A stretch of 56,389 nucleotides of DNA, the filler included, from Thelocarpon superellum (Eukaryota): assembly GCA_026025795.1 (NCBI GenBank). It is 2 parts of 2 records of this genome, joined end to end, with 100 filler letters (N's around TTAATTAATTAA, not from the genome) between each part and the next. Parts side by side here need not be neighbours in the genome. Positions count along the whole stretch, not along the records: positions 28,424 to 56,389 come from JAPEUG010000238.1; 1 more part is not named here. The stretch is one strand, 5' to 3'. The notes beneath the pieces were generated by a model. That model worked only from the letters and a program-made list of their open reading frames with translations. It made no database searches and was not told the DNA's origin. Below, one piece after another: positions 49,786 to 56,389 of the stretch; the first letter of the stretch is position 1, and each line of letters begins with the position of its first letter. The translations under genes and the position numbers were made by a program.

Positions 49786-50727
49786 ATGAGGACTCTCGTG
49801 CTGGCGTACGGCCTCTTGGCCTGCTACCTCTCCACGCTTGTGGGTGCGACGGCACTCACGTACAAGTTGACGCCGAACGAGAAAGCATGCTTCTTCACCT
49901 GGGTCGATGCCAAGGCGGCGAAGGTGGCTTTTTACTTTGCTGTACGTGGTGGCCTTGCCCTCTGTCTGTCCCGATTGATGGTCGTGGTGGACATTTCCCC
50001 GTCCGTCTCGATTGGAGGTCGTGCACACCGTGCACACTCAACTCACAAGTCTGCGCTGTAGGTCCAATCTGGCGGCTCGTTCGACGTGGATTACTCCGTG
50101 GTGGGACCGAATGAAAAGGTCATCATGGACGGCAGCAAGGAGCGGCAGGGCGACTTTGTCTTCTCCGCCGGCGAAATCGGCGAATATCGCTTCTGCTTCA
50201 ACAATGAAATGTCCACGTTTGCGGACAAGTTGGTGGATTTTGAGATTACCGTGAGTCCATGTGCTCTCTCCTCTCCGTGTCTCCCTTCTCCATCTCTTCC
50301 TTCTCCCTCCTCTTCTTGCTCCGCTCCGCCTCGCTTTGTTTGTTGACTCACTAATGAAACTGGATGAACAAATAGGTCGAGAACGAGCAACGAGCCCAGC
50401 TACCCTCGAAACAGGGAACATCACCAGAGCAAACATCCGCGCTGGAAGAATCCATCTTCAAGCTTTCAGGCCAACTCTCGACGATCAATCGGAATCAGAA
50501 ATACTTTCGGACGCGCGAGAACCGCAACTTCAGCACGGTGCGCAGCACGGAACGCCGCATCTTTAACTTTTCCGTCGTCGAGGGTCTCATGATGGTCACC
50601 ATGGCTGGCCTGCAGGTCTTTATTGTTCGCTTCTTCTTCCAGGGTGCTCGGAAGGGTGAGTGATCTGTTCATCTCCTTTCATCCATCTTTGCCTGAAGCC
50701 TGCTCACCCTTCACAGGCTATGTGTAA
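49786..50727 (+). CDS. p24/emp24/gp25L family cargo receptor (Erp-type)
   Basis: Signal peptide, GOLD domain (KACFF, FYFAVQSGGSFDVDY, GEYRFCFNNEMST), YFRTRENRNFSTV, TM helix and FFFQGARKGYV* tail; 3 introns. Confidence 0.93.
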
Positions 50728-51025
50728 ATGCTCGAGTCGAGGCGACGCCAGCGGAGCAATTTACACGTTACCACGACAACCCTTCCCCCTCCACAACACT
50801 ACTTGGACTGGATCTGTGGTGATGTGATGTGGGGTGACGTGATGTATTATAGTGTTGTCAAAGGATGTCGTGGGAGGAATACAAGAATGCCCTAATGATG
50901 GTGTAATGTTCATTGATATCGTATCTAGTGGAGGTAAGGGGAGGGAGAAAAGAGGAGACATGTCCAAGCTGGGTACAAAGGACAGAGGATGGGTGAGAGG
51001 AGACGAGAGGAGAGGGAGAGATACA

Positions 51026-52276
51026 TCAAGAAGACCAAAACCAGCCCTTTCCTGGGTCTTCCCTTGCACGCATCCTCGACCCCTCGTTTGAAGCCACCAG
51101 TGAAGCAGAGGGTGTAGTGGAAGAGGAAGAGGGAGAAGAGTCGGAACGATGAACAGACTCGGTACACACCTCCCTCCCGTCCGCAAAGCGTTTCTTGAGC
51201 AGAACTTTCGTCACCGTGCTTCCGTCGGGATTCGTGCTTCGTTCTGTTGTCGTTATTGTTGCTGTTATCTTTTCCCCGTCGTTCTCTCCATCGGCATTCT
51301 GAGCCCTCGTGGTTGCGGGAGCCGTAGGGGGTATGTGAGATGTGGAGGTGGACACGGAGGCAGAGGGGGAGGCGGGGAAAGGGAGTAAGACGGGGCCGCT
51401 CCGAGAGCCAAGGAATCGCGCGTAGATGTCCAGTTCAGTAGCCGGTCCCGACCCTTCCTCCGCGTCGGGCGTCTTTGCAGTCGCTTCTCGAATGGCCCTC
51501 GCGCGCCGCCTAGTCTCCTCTCCACCGCACCTCGCTCTCTCCTCCGAGGCCGTGACGGGGGAACTACTCCCATCGCTCCGCCGCAGCACATCCATCACCC
51601 ACTGTCCCGCCGGTCCATCGTGCCCTTCACGCCGGGGTGGCAAGTCCTTCCCCTGATCCGCGACGAGCAGGTCCTCGAATGCTGCGCGCCACGTGCCATG
51701 TTGCCTGTCCAGATCCTGCTTCTCCAGATGAAGTGGCGAGTAGGGGCTCGAGAGGAGGTAATCGAGCGGCCACCGAGACAAGGTCGACGCAACAGAGGCC
51801 GGGAAGCTATCGAAAGGGTGGATGGTCGGCATGGTGAAGAGAAAGTCGTGCCCGATGTGCGGTGAGACCCCTGAGCCCACCAGCGTGGGAAATGAAGTCG
51901 TGGTCGAGTCCGTCGCGGTCGTGAGGGGACCGGCTGCACCGCGGTCATAGTCGTAGCATCTTCGCACTGGCACCTCCACCGTCTCCCCTGCCTCATTGTC
52001 CTCGCGTCGTCGCCGGTCTTCCCACGATTCGGGCGCAGCTGCGTTTCTCATTTCGGGTCGTGTCCGCTGGGACGGCACGGAGACATAGGCGCGCCGCTGC
52101 TCCTCCACGTCCAGCCAGCGCCCGTGGCGTGGGCCCCCGCTAAGAGAGGGGAGGCCGATGAAGGACTGGAGGAGAGTGGAGAATCGTTCGTCGGCGTATC
52201 GTCGGAAGGCGACAAAAGGGTTCGGCTCGGTGTCTTGCGAGCAAGCTGCCGAGTCATCTGGAGAGGAGTTGGCCAT
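51026..52276 (-). CDS. Conserved-looking fungal hypothetical protein (416 aa), single exon
   Basis: Uninterrupted ORF with motif blocks NPFVAFRRYADE, SPYSPLHLE, WRAAFEDLL, TELDIY, TTTER..PDGS..TKVLLKKRFADGRE and C-terminal KGWFWSS. Confidence 0.8.
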   Translation of the reverse strand: MANSSPDDSAACSQDTEPNPFVAFRRYADERFSTLLQSFIGLPSLSGGPRHGRWLDVEEQRRAYVSVPSQRTRPEMRNAAAPESWEDRRRREDNEAGETVEVPVRRCYDYDRGAAGPLTTATDSTTTSFPTLVGSGVSPHIGHDFLFTMPTIHPFDSFPASVASTLSRWPLDYLLSSPYSPLHLEKQDLDRQHGTWRAAFEDLLVADQGKDLPPRREGHDGPAGQWVMDVLRRSDGSSSPVTASEERARCGGEETRRRARAIREATAKTPDAEEGSGPATELDIYARFLGSRSGPVLLPFPASPSASVSTSTSHIPPTAPATTRAQNADGENDGEKITATITTTERSTNPDGSTVTKVLLKKRFADGREVCTESVHRSDSSPSSSSTTPSASLVASNEGSRMRAREDPGKGWFWSS

Positions 52277-52524
52277 CTTCTCACGTGGTGAAGAGGATCA
52301 GTGAAGAGTGCTTGGTTCGATGGGCAGGCGGGTGGAGGGGATGAACCGTGTTTGTGCTGTCGATACCGGCGGGCGCTTCGCTCTCGCTTGTCATGTACAT
52401 CCGCGCTGGGGGATCCCCGTTCGTTCGGGTCATCGTCCGTGTTCGCGTGACCGGACTACTGCGACACGGATCCCACCGCACATTCCGATGGGAGCTCTTT
52501 GCACAATTTATCTCAAGGTTACAT

Positions 52525-52680
52525 TTACTGAAATCCATCCTTGCTGCAGAAAACTTGGTGGTTCTCATGATCCTCTTGCAACACGTCGGATGCCTTTGCC
52601 GCCGACTCCTCTGAGGCGGCCGAGCTCTGAACGACGCCGTGGAGGATGCGAGAAAGATGGACCTTGGACGGAGCAGCCAT
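52525..52680 (-). pseudogene. Relic first exon of a questin oxidase/HypA(AflY)-like oxidoreductase
   Basis: MAAPSKVHLS...SEESAAKASDVLQEDHENHQVFCSKDGFQ* resembles the family N-terminus (..SELLQ.NH..HHIFFN..GFHNH); no downstream exons before the next gene. Confidence 0.55.
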
Positions 52681-53081
52681 GGCTCGACGATGTACTGGCA
52701 GAATCGTAGGCGGAACGTGGATTAGGTTCGGGCGTCTCGCGAGGATCATGCGAGCTGGCTCAGAGACTTAGGCAGGACAGATTGCAAGCGCCAAGACCCT
52801 TCATCTAAACCGCTGATTGATTATACAGTCCGTTCAAATGCTGCTTATCATCTCAAGTCTTTGATCCGTGATGGAACGGGCATTTTGATGTCTGGATACT
52901 ATCCAGTCCAAATACATGACCCGTGACGTCAGATCTTGCTCTCCTCGGCCCAATGTCGGCGCCGAGGTCACTTGTGATTGGGGGACCCCACCTCCTGTCC
53001 TGATGATGTGCCTCTGAAAGAGTGATTCAACAGGTTTCGTAGATAGCACGTCTTTCTCCAATAGCTTTCTTCTTGACTGTG

Positions 53082-54449
53082 CTACATCTTGCTCTCTCCA
53101 CCCAGGAAGCCATTGACGACCGCAGACAGTAGCTGGTTGGCTATCGCGGTCCGAGGGGGTAATCTCAAATCTCCCTCGTTGTATGCAGCACCAGGAGCCT
53201 CACCCGGGACACTGGTACCGGCCCGCAGTGCCTGAGCGACCTCGGCGACACTGACCCACTTGGCGTCTTCCAGCTCGGGGTCATGCTCGAGCTGAATCTC
53301 GTCCCCTCCCGGGATCGCTTGTGCGATGGCCCCGATCATGAGATTGGCCGGGTAGGGCCATGGCTGGGTGGAATGGATGACCACGCGGCCCAGCCGCACC
53401 CCAGACTCCTCCCATACCTCACGACGCACCGCCTCTTCCACCGACTCGGCCGGCTCCACAAACCCGGCCAGGGTTGAGTACCAGTGCGGGGGGTAACGCT
53501 TGCCCCGCCCCAAGAGAAGGCGGGAGCCATCATGCGAGACCACGGCCATGATGACTGTCGGATCGGTGCGGGGGAAGGCGATGTTGTGGACACCCTTGCG
53601 CGTCGCGCAAGAAGCACGTTCGGTGGGCTTGGCGGGTGCAGCGGCCGTCGTCGCTCCTTGGGCCGCTCCCACCGTGGACCAGTCCGTCGGCGGGCAGGTC
53701 CGCTTGAATCCCGCGTTGATGGAGAGGGTGGGCTGGCCACATTGCGCGCAGAACGGATTGCGTGCATTCCAATCCATGATGGAGCGTGCTTCCGCGAAGA
53801 TGGCCGCTATTCGCCTCTTACATTAGCCAGCACATGCCTCGTGCTTCGGGAGGAAAGCGTACCGTGAGGTGCGTGTAATGACTGCACCCGGCCTTCTAGA
53901 AATGTGAGGCCTCTCTTCTCCACCTCAGCGATGACGCCCTGGGCCTCCGTCTTGTACGTCCCGTTAGTCGTCACGTCCAATGCAAAGTAGGGAGCACCCT
54001 GATAACGCTTCCACGCCAGCCCGTCCTTGCTCTGCTCGTCCAATCCGAGAAAGATCAACAGCGGTACGGTCTTGGAGGAGTTGTATTCAGCCATCAAGTC
54101 CTCCTCGGATTTGGCATACGGATCCGAGCCGATCAAGGATCTAACATCATTGAGGGAGACATATCCCAGAGTCCTCGGGTCCTTGCTCAAGGGCGCCAGG
54201 TCCCTCATTAGTAGGAAGGAGGTGGACGGATGAGCGATGGCAGCCGACAAAAAGGCATGATCGGTACGTAAAAAGGAGAAGCGATTTAGCGGTGAGCCTG
54301 CCATAGACGTTTAGTCGGTTGTCACATCTTCTGGTATGGCTACGTTGTCTACCTGCAAAGTAATTCGCAATCTCTTTACCAAATTTCCGTGACAACATCG
54401 AATCCCGTGCGGCTTCGACCGGTTCTGGGAGCTCCGGCGGACTTGACAT
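53082..54449 (-). CDS. NPY1: Peroxisomal NADH pyrophosphatase (NudC-type Nudix hydrolase), 3 exons
   Basis: NYFAGSPLNRFSFLR, DWNARNPFCAQCG, FPRTDPTVIM, Nudix box GFVEPAESVEEAVRREVWEESG, TQPWPYPANLM, PTS1-like C-terminal SKM. Confidence 0.94.
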
Positions 54450-55339
54450 CTCTCTGGAACAAAAACACGAGAGGCAGCGACAGGAACGGCCAGAAGAGAT
54501 CACTGCTCAGCAGGATCATGCCATGACTGAGATCCTGTGATAGTATGAACGGGTGAGATTGATGTATTTATCAATGTCTGCAGGTCACGTACTATCTCGG
54601 GCCAGGCGGGCTTGTTGGTAACATCATCTCGGAAGCTGACCTAATCAAAGCGTCATAAGTTTCCGCACATCGCCCCTCACGTCTCCCTTCTCATGCCTGC
54701 AACAGTCAGATAGATGCTACTTCTGATATTGAATGCCGGATATGGATCAAAATGGAATAGCTCGTCGGGAGGTGGAGACTCTTACCCTCAAAGATGTTTG
54801 TTGCGACGTCCGACGATGAACTTGAAACCATGCCGCGCCCAGGTAAGACGACGAGGCAATTCGTACCGAGTAAGCCGCTGGCTCTCTGGTCTGTGCCGAC
54901 GCCCGACCTGCCGGCTGGCTCTCGCCGCCGAAGCGCTCGGGCGCCATGGTTTTAGTTGCCGATCGGCACCCTAGGGCAAGAGACTGCATCACCGCGTCAC
55001 CCAGTCGTGCATACCGTTAGTAGTGCCAGACCCGACGTGGGTATGACCCACGGTGACTTATCCATGTTCGTCTACCTGCGCAAGATCGAGAATGTATCAC
55101 TGCCTAGTACTATCACCGCAGATTTACCCATGACCTCGAAGTGACACTGCGAGCCTCACATCTTGTGCAGAAGGTCACAACGTTTATACCACTCTTACTC
55201 CACCAGGCGCAGCCAGGTTAAAAGATCAAGCTGTGGAGTGACGTGTACAGAAAACACTCAAGTCAAACCAGGATGATGATTGCATTGACGTCGCGCTTGT
55301 TCCAGTACATGAATGACCCTGTCCCGCGCTTTATCCGCT

Positions 55340-55930
55340 TTACACTACCGTCGAGCGGTGTCGTGTGCGTGGGCGGCGGGGTTTCAAGAACGCACTCTCC
55401 AAATGCTTGATGGATTTTTGGCCATTCAAGAACGGCCATTTATCATCCTCATGGTCATCGAAGGCGTCACACAACAACTCCAGCGGGATTCGTGGATGGG
55501 CGGGCTCGAGTGGACGTCGCTCGCAGTTGTGCCAATCTTCGAATTGGGCGTCAAAGTCCCCCGAATCCCACAACGTCGGGTCGTACCGATCGCGGCTTTG
55601 TGGAGCATCAGATGAAAAGGCTCTGTAACACCGTTGAGGAGGCAGCTGCACTCACGAGGGAAACCCGGGCGACGAAGGGCAATGGGGAAGCACGTCGTGA
55701 GCGCCGTTTCCCTCGTTCTGGCGGACCCGCCGTACCACGGCTGAGGCGATCTCTTCCCAGTCTCGACGTGCCTGTTCTTCGGGACCTTCGATGGCGGAGT
55801 AGGGAACGCCAATTGGTCCCGCCGGTCGGTACGAGCAGGTGTACCGTCGTCCTCGCCGGTCTCTCGGTCGGTCGAAGAGGCTTTCCAGATCCCACACTGG
55901 TCGGCGGCGCCGAACGTAGACGAGGGGCAT
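55340..55930 (-). CDS. Hypothetical protein (~176 aa), 2 exons
   Basis: Two same-frame ORFs separated by a TGA lying inside a 60-nt GTGAGT...CTGAT...AAG intron (55655-55596); splicing gives a continuous MPLVYVRRR...GFPSRDRYDPTLWD...STVV*. Confidence 0.6.
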
Positions 55931-56389
55931 TGTGATCAAAAATATCTAATAGATTGAGTTGAAGACGACAAGAGGTCGTACGCTGCACACTGAGGAGAAT
56001 GGACGCCGACCGAGCGGCGAAAGACTGCCATATTATCTCTCTCTGGGTTTTTAGCGGATGGCGGCTCTTCCCCAGGAATAGACACCCAAGCCGCTGAATA
56101 TGTCATGGAAACGCGCTTTCAGCATCATGAAACTACGATGCAACTGTCGACCACGGATATAGCGCAGCTGGCACGCTTATCTTGGAAGAGTGGGATCGCA
56201 GCCGCTCCATCGGCAGTTGAACCCGAGTTGAAGAGGTGGGTGAGGGGGGACGCCATCAGCGCTTAGGGGGATCGATTGGCTGTCAGGTTCTCGTTCTTGA
56301 CGCGACACTCGCACGTCCTGGAGGCGGCGAGTGCACCCCGTCTTTGTCCCCCACCCCCAAACACTTCACTGCCGCCCCCTCCGCCCTTG

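Noticed and set aside
55649..55654. Stop-codon readthrough or selenocysteine at the TGA between two in-frame ORFs
   Set aside because: The TGA lies within a canonical GTGAGT splice donor of a 60-nt intron
1..56389. tRNA, rRNA, CRISPR arrays, transposase/RT ORFs, long terminal or inverted repeats
   Set aside because: None recognised by eye; a tRNAscan-SE/Infernal/RepeatMasker run would be needed to exclude small or degenerate ones

Overview
Gene-dense, GC-rich genomic DNA of a filamentous ascomycete (Pezizomycotina, inferred from a Woronin-sorting-complex-like gene, an AspC-type septin and short GT-AG introns with CTRAY branch sites). About 22 intron-containing or single-exon genes can be reconstructed. 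Left of an artificial 100-nt N/TTAATTAATTAA/N join (28324-28423): partial PEX11-like gene, ACU/Na,K-type P-ATPase, a Cys/His-rich unknown protein, WSC/PMP22, a secreted Mn-type lipoxygenase, a small secreted Cys-rich peptide, a HAK/KUP K+ transporter, a PLAC8 protein, a small mitochondrial-type protein and CAND1. Right of the join: a small unknown protein, WDR83/MORG1, septin Cdc12/AspC, an APH-like kinase (possibly frameshifted), PWP2, PRP45/SKIP, a PDK/BCKDK-type kinase, USP7/Ubp15, p24, a conserved hypothetical, NPY1 and another hypothetical. Most is housekeeping. The most interesting parts are the divergent secreted lipoxygenase/Cys-rich peptide pair next to two K+ uptake systems, a possible hidden two-exon Cys/His-motif gene, a fossil first exon of a questin-oxidase/HypA-like gene, and a probable GC-AG intron. 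No rRNA, tRNA, CRISPR or recognisable transposon was seen. I cannot demonstrate a new biological system from sequence alone. All family assignments are from recalled motifs, not database searches.
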